This document shows, in pieces, positions 20,771 to 31,689 of a stretch of DNA of 33,678 nucleotides. Every line of letters begins with the position of its first letter. Position 1 is the stretch's first letter. The translations under genes were made by a program, and so were the position numbers. The notes beneath the pieces are model-generated. The model made no database searches and was not told the DNA's origin. It saw only the letters and a program-made list of their open reading frames with translations. The stretch covers positions 35,741,685-35,775,362 of the forward strand of contig NC_068986.1 of NCBI RefSeq assembly GCF_001194135.2. The letters run 5' to 3'. The stretch is from Octopus bimaculoides. Taxonomy: Eukaryota.

Positions 20771-22364
20771 GAAAGGCTAAGGGAGGGAGTAAGTGAAACA
20801 GATAAATAAATTGAATCCTTGATTGGATTACTATTGCTATTAGTCAACGCCATTACAAACCTATCAGGGTATAAGTCTGGCATTCGTGCGTCTAGGATCT
20901 CTTAACTATGAACCGGAAATTATGATGCACTTGAAAATCTATTTTAATCCTCTAATTTCAGATCTTTACCTATCCAAGGAAAATAAAGACAATTGATTTG
21001 GGTCTTGTCAAAAGAAATAAAATATTTCACTTGGTTCAACACAAAGGCACCAATTCTGCAACTAAAATTAAGTTATTAGGCCTCAACAGGAAGTAGTTGT
21101 CATGAAGCTCACTAAGTTTCAAAGGAGATATCCGTTTATTCTACGATAAATGTTACCTTATGAAAGTAGATAAAAAGAATCTAAAGCGATTGGAATTGGT
21201 CTGTGCAAGCAAGACTTGTATTGTCTAGAAAAAAATGACAGAATGACTACAGTGTAACTGTCGAGAGGAGTGGAGTATCCAAAATTTCGGACAGGACAGA
21301 ATCCCTCCTCAAAGTAATGTTGAGAGTACGGAAATAGAAGACAGCGGAGTTTTATATTCTCTGTTTTTGGAAAACTGTCTGTAATTGACGAAAAATGCAA
21401 GAAAACGCTTGCTTTTTATGTAGGTCGAAAGTAGTAGAAAAGAGCAACAGAGATGAGAGAAGGGGAAAGAAATAGAAAGACGAAGAGAACCGGATGGAAT
21501 AAGATGGAAGGGAAACTATGGGTGAGAAAGAATTTGAAGGAAATAGTATTTGTGAACTATGAGGTGGTGAATATGTAGAAGGAAAAATCTTTATTTAATT
21601 CCACCGATGAGCAGATTCCAGCTGGAATATGAACAGTTGTCCCTTCCATTCCATTTCTGTCTACTGCTACTTGTGAAGTTTACGCTGTTTCCGTCCCTCA
21701 TCATCTGCAGTCAGGATATTAAAAAAAAACAAAAAAACTCTGACGTCACTTTATTTTATTCTCCAGCCGCCAACTTTACTGAGAAAAGGACGCTGTCCGT
21801 AACCTCGGATAATCCATCTCTTCACGACAATTTCACTTGACTCTTTCTCTGACATTTTCTTGAAAGTTATGAAAATAGGCTTACTTAGAAATAAAATATC
21901 CTGAAATTCGTTATTCATGTGAAAATATGACAAATCCTGTTATTGATATAGTAATAGAGATATGCAAATAAAAGAAAATCTGTGCAAATAAAGGAAATAT
22001 CAGATTAGAAAAACGAAAGAAACCGCAGGAACATGTATATTATAATATAGGAATGATTAAGCGGGTGTCACTTAAACCTTTTCGCTGGGTATAGTTTCCG
22101 TATATTTACTACGATGAATTGGAAAATAAGAAACGTTACAAAAACGACATCTGTTTTTTGTACAGCAGCGGAGTATATTAACTGCTAATGCAACTGTGCA
22201 ACAAGGTTATGTGAACTGTACATGAAAATATGAAGTAAATGAAGAAATATAAGAAATATTGACTGCAATTTCTCACGCAATTGCATTTTCAGTTTCTAGT
22301 TTGGTGTTACATAATGGCCAAAGAGTTCAAGAGGGAATTTAATATAACTAGGTTTTAAGGATGA

Positions 22365-22491
22365 TAGTGTGTATGTGTGTGTGTGTGTGTGCGCGCGCGC
22401 GCGTGTCTATACATATAAATGTAAAGATATACATTCATGTACATATTTACACATATGAAAATATATGCGTGCATAAACATATGTATGCGTA

Positions 22492-22541
<50 letters not shown>

Positions 22542-22766
22542 TATACATATATATACATATATATATATATACATATATATATATACCTGTATGCATGTAT
22601 GTATATATATAAACGTATCTTTATATGCTTGTATATAAATGCATATATATATATTTATATACATATGCATATATACATGTGTATATATATATAGATATAC
22701 GTATGTATGGTTATATATATATGTGTGTGTGTATGTATGTGCATATATATGTATTTATATATATGG

Positions 22767-22851
<85 letters not shown>
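22365..22851. repeat. Long compound (TG)/(TA)/(ATCT) microsatellite block
   Basis: Direct read. Confidence 0.9.
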
Positions 22852-22994
22852 NNNNNNNNNNNNNNNNNNNNNNNNNNNNNNNNNNNNNNNNNNNNNNNNN
22901 NNNNNNNNNNNNNNNNNNNNNNNNNNNNNNNNNNNNNNNNNNNNNNNNNNNNNNNNNNNNNNNNNNNNNNNNNNNNNNNNNNNNNNNNNNNNNN
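22852..22994. other. Assembly gap followed by (GA)n 22995-23044
   Basis: N characters. Confidence 1.
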
Positions 22995-23047
<53 letters not shown>

Positions 23048-23498
23048 AGAAGGAGGGAATGAGAGACAAAGGTGAAAGAACAGTATTCAAGTGTCATTGG
23101 AGAGAGCAGCATTACAGCTGGTGAAAAGAAAAAAGCAATAGATTATACAAGTAAATATTTATATGATCTGAGATGTTTTGCGTGGAAAGTCATATCCAAT
23201 GAAATATGATATCAACTTGAAATATTAGAAATTGCAGTTGCTTAGCAACATGCCAGTGCCGATCCACCCCTGATGCACCAAAACCGCGATCAAAGATGTT
23301 TCAACTGCATTTCTGCCATTTTCCTAACGTACACGTTTATGCATGTAACTCGACATTATCATATGTTAATTTCTATAGACGACAAAATTGTGATTTGAAG
23401 AAGATTTGATTGCTATTTGTTTTCAGAATATCACTCTAGCGATACAATGCATCGAAAATGACAAGTTACATGATGTTCGTATATACATACAGGCGCAT

Positions 23499-23628
23499 AG
23501 GCGCAGGAGTGGCTGTGTGGTAAGAAGCTTGATTCTAAACTACACGGTTCCAGGTTCAGTTCCACTGCGTGGCACCTTGGGCAGGTGTTTTGTCCTATAG
23601 CCTCGGGCCGACCAAAGCCTTGTGAGTA
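23499..23628 (+). mobile_element. tRNA-derived CORE-like SINE head (family B)
   Basis: A-box tggctgtgtggt 23510-21, B-box ggttcagttcc 23553-63, then caccttgggcaggtg (CORE-like); followed by CA/TA repeats. Confidence 0.85.
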
Positions 23629-23629
23629 C

Positions 23630-23848
23630 AGACGCGCGCACGCACATATACACATGCATACGAATACACAAACACACATATATATACACATACATACACA
23701 CACACGCACACACATACACATATATACGCATACACACACACACACACACACACGCATATATGGAGTTCAAATTTATAGAAAAACAAAAGACGAAGACAGG
23801 TGTAGGAACAACAAGCAAGTGTATTAGTTTGACGCTCGGGAAAATGGA

Positions 23849-23898
<50 letters not shown>

Positions 23899-23904
23899 AT
23901 ATAC

Positions 23905-23999
<95 letters not shown>

Positions 24000-24030
24000 T
24001 ACACACTATAAACACATACATACATACAGT
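23630..24030. repeat. (CA)/(CT)/(TA) compound microsatellites
   Basis: Direct read. Confidence 0.9.
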
Positions 24031-25033
24031 GAGTTAGTCTGAAAATGAAGAACACCATTTATTTAAATTGTCAATACAAATTCTATAAATATGAACGTTT
24101 TTGCATTTGCAACACCTCTTGTCATATTTGGCTAAACTCCACAAGAGCAATATTTCTCTCTTAACATATATTAACAGCTAAACCAGACACATACAGCCCC
24201 ATATTCATACCGACACACACACTCACACCCGTTTTGTTTTCTAAATGGATATGCCATTACGCCTCACATATAATGGAGAATGAGGTGAAGAAGTTCGATT
24301 AACTGATATTATCAATGCAATTAATGGACAAAATCTCCCTTTAGCGGTGTGTAAAATCTTAGAACAAATAACGAAGATAATTGCAATAAAATTTATTAAT
24401 TGAAATTTTCGGCTTATACAGAAAACGCAGTATGGTAGTGGATAGAGTGTGTCTTGTATATGGACGTGTTTGGTTATTCTAAAGCAGTGGAGATCATCTT
24501 TGTTAGATTCGGAACATTTAGTCACATTCTCTTGATACATTTAATGAGATAAAAGTTTGCTGAACCATTACAATCATACTCCAAGTTTCGCAGGCATTTG
24601 GCAATGGAAGTAAAATTTCGCATCGCTGAATATCGAAATTAAAGATTCAACCTTCAGATGCTTGCGGCATTTCTGGTTTATTCGAAATCAGAAGAATCAC
24701 TAGTGTACTGCAAAAGTAGTGAAGAAAATCTAAACCAAAAAGCAGCAGGCATTCTGTGTAATCAACAAAAGTACAGTCGCAATTTAACACGAAACAATCT
24801 TTTATCTTTTTTTCTTTTTTTTATCTTCTAGTTGTTTCTATTATTCAAGTGCGGCCATTCTGGGGTACCGTCAAGAAGGCTTTAGTCGTTATATATGTTT
24901 AAGTGTGTGTGTGTGTGTACGCGTGTGTGTGACAACAATTTTAAGAATAACAACGAAATAACAACTAGTAGTGCGACTACATATTAAGAGAAGACTCAAA
25001 TATTAATTGTGAAAATAAAGTTAACTGGGACTC

Positions 25034-25035
<2 letters not shown>

Positions 25036-25114
<79 letters not shown>

Positions 25115-25300
25115 TATGTTTCTTCCATTACCACTTGACAACCGGTGTTGGTTTGGTTATTTCCCCGTAACTTGGCGGTTCGGTCAAAGAGTCGGAAAGA
25201 ATAAGTAACGGGCATTAAAAATAAGTAGAGGGATGGGGTTTGTTCGACTAAAATCATTAAAACGTGGTACATGACTGCAGTCCAATAAGTGTAACAAGGT
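25036..25300 (+). mobile_element. (TA)n(TG)n followed by SINE C module
   Basis: ccacttgacaaccggtgttgg...cgtaacttggcggttcggtcaaaga...gttcgactaaa...gactgcagtccaat matches 18321-18490. Confidence 0.75.
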
Positions 25301-25427
25301 AAGCTTTTCAGCATAGATTATATATTTGTTTCTACTTCAGCTTCTGTCTACTAAAACGCTCACGGTAATACACGCCCTTGACAGGCTATTTTCTGGTACA
25401 TACATACATACATACATACATACATAC

Positions 25428-25500
25428 TGGCCAGCCATGAGACTCGAACTCACATCTCTGTGATTACATGTCAAGTGTTTTATCATTAAACTAAACTGCC
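25428..25500 (-). pseudogene. tRNA-Thr(UGU)-like pseudogene or SINE head
   Basis: Cloverleaf: acceptor GGCAGUU/GGCUGGC (1 mismatch), D stem GUUU/AAAC, anticodon loop CAUGUAA (U33A, 2 stem mismatches), T arm GUGAG-UUCGAGU-CUCAU; followed by (GTAT)n. Confidence 0.6.
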
Positions 25501-26322
25501 CACTGGCCGGTAACGTATTTTCTGCATTATATGGATAATTTATCCTGATCATGCTATTTATAGCATTATCACGCGTTTGAGAAATAAATTTATTTCTGTA
25601 TCTTACAATACATCTCAACGCTTCTAAAGACAAACTTTGTTTGTTTATTTTCATCGTAAAAGTTGAATTTATAAATACATACATACATACATACATGCAT
25701 ACATGCATGCATACATACATACATACATTTAAAAAATTATCATTGAGAGTGACTTCAAAATGTCGGTTAGTTAAGCCATTGCCGGACTACGTTGCATTGA
25801 AGTTAATTTTGGCTTTATATAATTTCTGTTGAGTTAAAATTTTCCTTGGATATGTGGATTTCAATGAAGTGGTAATTAGGTTTTAGATTTGTTTGTTTGA
25901 AACAGAAATGAAAAAAAATGTTTATGAATACATGTCCCACAAATTCTATCTTTATAACACGTAACGTTAAAAATTTCTACACACTAATCGAATTGCGTAC
26001 ATATCAATGAACACCTAAAGAGAAACACACTGACCAACAACCTTTACACCTAACTACTTACACATACGAACATCAAAGCACAAAATAAGAAAATTTCAAT
26101 ACTAACAACATTATAACATGCACGACTAATAACCTCCCACCTTTCAACAGAGACTATGTAAAGCCAACGTTAATTTCAATGCATTGCAGGCCAACGATAG
26201 CTTGACAGGCCGAAACTTCAAAGTTACTGTCAATAATATTCTTGTTTAAGAATAATAAATTTGTACTTTGAAAAAGTATAGAGTAAGCCACAGGGATGAT
26301 GATTGATTATTATATTTCCTTG

Positions 26323-26622
26323 TGGAGGTGCAATGGCTCAGTGGTTTAGGGCAGAGGACTCGAGGTCGGAGGATCGCGGTTTCGATTTCCAGACTGGGAG
26401 TTGTGTGTGTTTATTGAGCGAAAACACCTGAAGCTCCACGAGGCTCCGGCAGGGGATGGTGGCGACCCCTGTTGTACTCTTTCACCCCAACTCTCGCTCA
26501 CTGTTTCTTGAGTAACGCTGCGATGGACTGGCGTCCCGTCCAGCTGGCGGGGGGAACACATACACCATAGAAACCGGGAAACCGGGCCCATGAGCCTGGC
26601 AAGGCTTGAAAAAGGAGAAAAA
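26323..26622 (+). mobile_element. tRNA-derived SINE D1 with target-site duplication
   Basis: A-box tggctcagtggt 26334-45, B-box-like ggtttcgatttcc 26378-90. TSD atatttccttg at 26312-26322 and 26623-26633. Confidence 0.9.
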
Positions 26623-26659
26623 ATATTTCCTTGGATGACTCCATCCCTTCATGAGGCTA

Positions 26660-26855
26660 ACATGAATTATATATTATGTGACTGCGTGTGTATCGTTGGT
26701 GATTTTCTTTCTCCGTCTTCCCTTCTTTGGACTTTTTCTATGGTTCTGATGAAGAGCTCCGCTCGAAACGTAAAATCATCTTTCTTTTCTTTTCTTTCCT
26801 GAGCGTCCAATAACACTGTACTTATTCCACGTCCAGGCGTTGTTGTTTTTTTGTA
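26660..26855 (+). mobile_element. Penelope-like/retrozyme-like short element carrying a hammerhead
   Basis: Contains the motif at 26740-26779; lies between inverted repeat arms. Confidence 0.6.
26740..26779 (+). ncRNA. Minimal type-I hammerhead ribozyme motif
   Basis: AUGGUU-CUGAUGA(26746-52)-A-GAGC-UCC-GCUC-GAAA(26765-68)-CG-UA-A-AAUCAU. Palindromic ACGU stem III (dimer type); 6-bp stem I with one extra A; predicted cleavage after A26772. Confidence 0.75.
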
Positions 26856-27235
26856 AAGGGATGCAGTCATCCAAGGAAATGTAATAATTAGTTATTATTA
26901 ACAACAAATCAATCATCATTCCTTACAGCTGTTTCAATTGATACTCAGTGAATTAGCTATATATATCACTAAATGAGGCTGTTTTCTAAAATCGAGGCAA
27001 ACACCTTTCTCAGTCTGATCGGATTGAAAAACTGTTAAGAAACTAGGATATTTTCCTACTTTTCATAACATGAAACCAATGGTAGCCTTAATTCACTAAC
27101 AAAGAAATCATTTCCTCCAATGCGGTGTTGAACACTCATATTTATCGTTCGACATTTACAATACCCTGGATATTTTTTAACGAAGTAGGAAATACTTATT
27201 CCGATACAGAGGTTGGTAAACATTTCTAGAATTAT

Positions 27236-27343
27236 CCTTTGTGCTGACTGGGGATGCTAAAATCCCCCGTTCGAAAATATAGATAGTGTGTCGTATAGCC
27301 AGCTGAAGACGATGTTTCCTGGGGCTAAATAACAGTAACATTC
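27236..27343 (+). repeat. Old diverged copy of the 27798-27968 repeat arm
   Basis: gtgtgtcgtatagccagctgaagacgatgtttcctggggctaaataacagtaacattc versus gtgtgtcgataagccagctggaggagatgtcctcctggggctaaaagcaacagtaacatcc. Confidence 0.7.
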
Positions 27344-27439
27344 GTCCCAAGCGGGACTACCACATCATGTTGGCAAATAATCTTTACTGTTTATATTATA
27401 ATTGAACATAAAAAACAAATCATATATATATATATATAT

Positions 27440-27968
27440 ATAAAGTGTAGTATATTGCCACTTAAGTGTGGCTGACCCCTAGGGGTGGATGTTACTGTTG
27501 CTTTTAGCCCCAGGAGGACATCTCCTCCAGCTGGCTTATCGACACACGACTGTGTCCTGTTTGCCAAGGGAGTTATCCCTCTCACCTCGGCCAGCAGCAC
27601 GAACGTATCCGGATTTCAGGGTTATTTCCCTTCGTCGGCGTTCGACAGCTGATGACCAAGNNNNNNNNNNNNNNNNNNNNNNNNNNNNNNNNNNNNNNNN
27701 NNNNNNNNNNNNNNNNNNNNNNNNNNNNNNNNNNNNNNNNNNNNNNNNNNNNNNNNNNNNNNNNNNNNNNNNNNNNNNNNNNNNNNNNNNNNNNNNNGGA
27801 TACGTTCGTGCTGCTGGCCGAGGTGAGAGGGATAACTCCCTTGGCAAACAGGACACAGTCGTGTGTCGATAAGCCAGCTGGAGGAGATGTCCTCCTGGGG
27901 CTAAAAGCAACAGTAACATCCACCCCTAGGGGTCAGCCACACTTAAGTGGCAATATACTACACTTTAT
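27440..27968. repeat. Perfect 171-bp inverted repeat flanking a gap
   Basis: 27440-27610 is the exact reverse complement of 27798-27968; N gap 27661-27797. Confidence 0.9.
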
Positions 27969-28003
27969 CGTGCAGTTACTGTTAATACTTCATATAGAGA
28001 ATT

Positions 28004-28044
<41 letters not shown>

Positions 28045-28564
28045 CATTCACCAAGTACTAATTCCTTTTGTAGGCGTAATTCGATTTGTTGCAAGGTGAC
28101 AATGAGATTATTTGATGTTCATCTCTGTTGCTTCATTATCATAATTTCAGTCTTAAAGTAAGCAAGAAACGTTACTCCCATTTTTTTTGTTTCTCACCAG
28201 TTCGTTAGATCAAGTATACGATAACTAATATCAACAAACAATCTATAATTGCTTCTTACGCGTATTTCAAGATGTTATTTTAGTCAGGTTGTTTCTCGCC
28301 ATGCATGACACTCATCAATTTAGGTTGCTAGTAAATTTTAGTGATGCAGTCAATATCCAAGGATTCGCACTTATCACGCAACGATTCTAGAAACAGCCGT
28401 AAAGGATTACCTGCACATCTCTTTTATATCAATTCTAAGGTGTTACCTATGGCAAATTATGTCTCAAAGCTTTGGGCTTCTTTTCTAAGTTATCCTGGAG
28501 TATACCAGTCGACATCTTAACTATTTCGAACTTTTCACATTCCTGAGCATCCTTCATTTCCTGC

Positions 28565-28614
<50 letters not shown>

Positions 28615-30538
28615 CACAAAATGAGGCTGTGTTTTCCAAAATGGAGGTGAATACCTTTCTCCATGTGATCGGATTTTTTAACATGAAACTAAGAAGAGAT
28701 AGAAGAACAAAATTCACTAAGCGGGACTGGGGCACGCACGAGCACGGAAAGTTTCGTTGAAGAGGTCACAGATGTGTAACAAAAGATTGCCGGACAATGG
28801 ACGTAAGTTAAAATATGAACAGTAATAAACGAGTGGAGATCGAATCTATTGTGCGTGTTTATTTGGTAAAAAAAAGAAAAAAAATGACCACCCCGAAATA
28901 CACCAGTATCTGTTTCAACAAACGGTTTCACCTCAGGGATCTTGCAACACAAATTTTCACACACTTACACGCGCGCGCGCACGCAAAAACTTATGTACTA
29001 GAACGTCTGCAGTGAAAGGTTGTTGACTCTGAAAATACACTGCATTTTCATAGTGAATTTAACTTTATTCCTTACAAGTTAACGAATGCCCCACAAGAGC
29101 TGTATTTAATATCTGTTTATAAAGTGATATACCCAGCAGATAAGCATTAATGTTAGTTAAGCGTAGCTAAATTTTCTCGGAAGGAAGGTAATAGCTATTG
29201 ACATATGGAAATTTGCATCAAATTTACAGAGTTCCGCTGGCAGATCAATGCAAAATAGTACATATATTGTGTAAAGCTTTCGAGGTAGGTCTCATCTGTC
29301 CTATTATAATCCGATCAGTCAATTCCTTTATAATGACAACAAACAATGACAAAGAAAAACGACCGTTTTATGGCGTGGTATTGTTACTTAATATTAATGA
29401 AACAATTACTTACTCTTCGTAAAGTTTCTGATAAAAGTGTACTGCTTGGTGCATATCAGCGTTTAACAAAGTGGTTAGTTCGATTAAACTCCGTATTATA
29501 TCACCTTCGATCTATAATGCAATTATAATAATAATAATAATAATAATAATGATAACAATAAATTAATTATATCGCCATAATATAATATAATGCAAGGAAA
29601 TAAAACAGAATATTTTATACTTTTGTTTTGCAGTGATTACCCAGCTTTTGTTATCGCTAAATATAGTACCAGCTATTTACTGAGATCGATGCTGTTTGTC
29701 TGTCTGTCTGTCTGTGTGCCTGTATATATGTCTCTCTCTGTAGCTGTCTCGTAATTGTGACGTGAGGAGAGTTGTAGATCACTCATAACGTATCTTCCTG
29801 CAGAATTGAAAACTGAGAGGTTGGTGGCTAGTATCCTGTTGTTGCGGGAAATCTCTATAGCTCTATTGGGACCGTCCAGGAACAGACCATTGTGTCGAAG
29901 GGAAATATAAAAAAAAAGAGTAGACATGCTGTGTTTATAGTGTCTATGAATAACTATCTTGTCAATGAAGCGTAAACATTTTGGATACCAAACAGAATTA
30001 GAAAGATAATTCTGAGACTAAGCCATTTGAATATATAGCTTCCTGAAGAGATGAAGCCTCATGCATTATTCACAGAGGTTAATCGAACTCCTAAAGACGT
30101 TTGAGAGGGAGGAATAGTTTAAAGGCATAAAGCGGTAAATCAGTAGGATCGAAAGAGCATTGGGAAGAATAATTTCCAGAATAGTTTCCGGCTCTTTACA
30201 CTGAATTCAAATCCAACCGCACTCAACGTCACTTTTAATTCTTACGGGATTGATAAATATCGCATCAGTTCAATACTGGTCGATTCTCTCTCTCTCTCAC
30301 ACGCACGCATCCACACACATGTATACACACACACATGCACTCACAAAATCCACACACTTTCTCCCCCCCTCTCTCTCTCTCCTAAATGACATCAGTTATA
30401 GAATGCCAGCCTTGAGCTTTAAATTGCCCACGACGGTGTTCCTGCTGCTCTACCAGGCGTTGAGAGCTCAAGAAGAGAAGAAATGGTCCAAAGGTATGAG
30501 CTGACAGCAATATATAATTGCATGAGTATGTATTTTAT

Positions 30539-30920
30539 GTGGAGGCGCAATGGCCCAGTGGTTAAGGCAGCGGACTCGCGGTCGTAGGATTGCGGTTTCG
30601 ATTCCCAGACCGGGCGTTGTGAGTGTTTATTGAGCGAAAACACCTAAAAGGTCCACGAGGCTCCGGCAGGGGATGGTGGCGATCCCTGCTGTACTCTTTC
30701 ACTACAACTTTCTCTCACTCTTACTTCCTGTTTCTGTTGTGCCTGTAATCCAAAGGGTCAGCCTTGTCACACTGTGTCACGCTGAATATCCCCGAGAACT
30801 ACGTTAAGGGTACACATGTCTGTGGAGTGCTCAGCCACTTGCACGTTAATTTCACGAGCAGGCTGTTCCGTTGATCTGATCAACTGGAACCCTCGACGTC
30901 GTAATCGACGGAGTGCCAAC
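30539..30920 (+). mobile_element. Full-length tRNA-derived SINE D2 with 11-bp TSD
   Basis: A-box tggcccagtggt, B-box-like ggtttcgattccc. TSD atgtattttat at 30528-30538 and 30921-30931. Ends cgacggagtgccaac. Confidence 0.92.
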
Positions 30921-31352
30921 ATGTATTTTATAGAATTATTTAACCAAGCAAAATCTATATTTCAATTATTTATCTTTAGTATTTGTAGACTTCTTAGTTC
31001 ATCATAACATTAATAAGATTTTATACTGTTCTCTCACATTTCAAATCGTAATGTACAGACTTAAGTGGGTACACCGTGGTAAAGAAATATTGTAATTCAT
31101 GTGATATTACTTCCTCCCTGATGCAAGTTGATAAATAAAACAATACATTTGATAAATTATGTACTTACTTTTGACTTTGATTTCGTTCTTTTTGCAACTC
31201 TGTCATACCAGTCTGTGGTTCCTTTCTGAAATAAATAAAGAATGATTTTGAAATACGTAGTTAATGTGAGACACATACAATAATCGCTGAGCATGCGCTC
31301 ACATACACACACACCATACACACGTACCCATATATACACACACACATACACA

Positions 31353-31391
<39 letters not shown>

Positions 31392-31394
<3 letters not shown>

Positions 31395-31615
31395 GGAGTA
31401 AGCACATGAAATGTGCAACAAGGTGGAAAATAGAGTACTCAAATACCAGAGGTAGAGTACTATGCTTTATTTCAAAGCAGCAGAAATATAACAAAAAACT
31501 GTTACTCGGAGTTTCACGTTCCCGTTCATCGGACAGTTTTGTTAGAAACTGTCCGATGAACGGAAACGTGAAACACTGCGAGGTATGCTGTCGTGTGTTA
31601 GGGCGAACCTCATAA
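31392..31615 (-). mobile_element. Penelope-like/retrozyme-like short element with hammerhead and internal inverted duplication
   Basis: Contains the hammerhead at 31495-31540 (-) and a 29-bp IR. AATAAA downstream on the minus strand (plus tttatt 31467-72). Ends at (TA)n. Confidence 0.7.
31495..31540 (-). ncRNA. Type-I hammerhead ribozyme motif (U4C core variant)
   Basis: Minus strand AAAACUGU-CCGAUGA-ACG-GGAA-CGU-GAAA-CUCCGAG-UA-ACAGUUUU: perfect 8-bp stem I, 3-bp stem II, near-palindromic stem III. Confidence 0.8.
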
Positions 31616-31689
31616 TTATAATCCGATAATCCGCCGTCGTAATATGCATCGGTACGAAGCTACATATTACCTCGGGTGAGGTGCACAAA

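Noticed and set aside
21672-21708. Minus-strand gatgatgagggacggaaacagcgta, similar to the 6006 ribozyme
   Set aside because: The core is AUGAUGA, with no stem II and no stem I; probably chance.
27391-28005. Paired ORFs with identical peptides on opposite strands
   Set aside because: A direct consequence of the perfect inverted repeat and the gap; not two genes.
29804-29910. Possible terminal exon ELKTERLVASILLLREISIALLGPSRNRPLCRREI*
   Set aside because: Only an acceptor supports it, the opposite strand is equally open, and no homologue was recognised.
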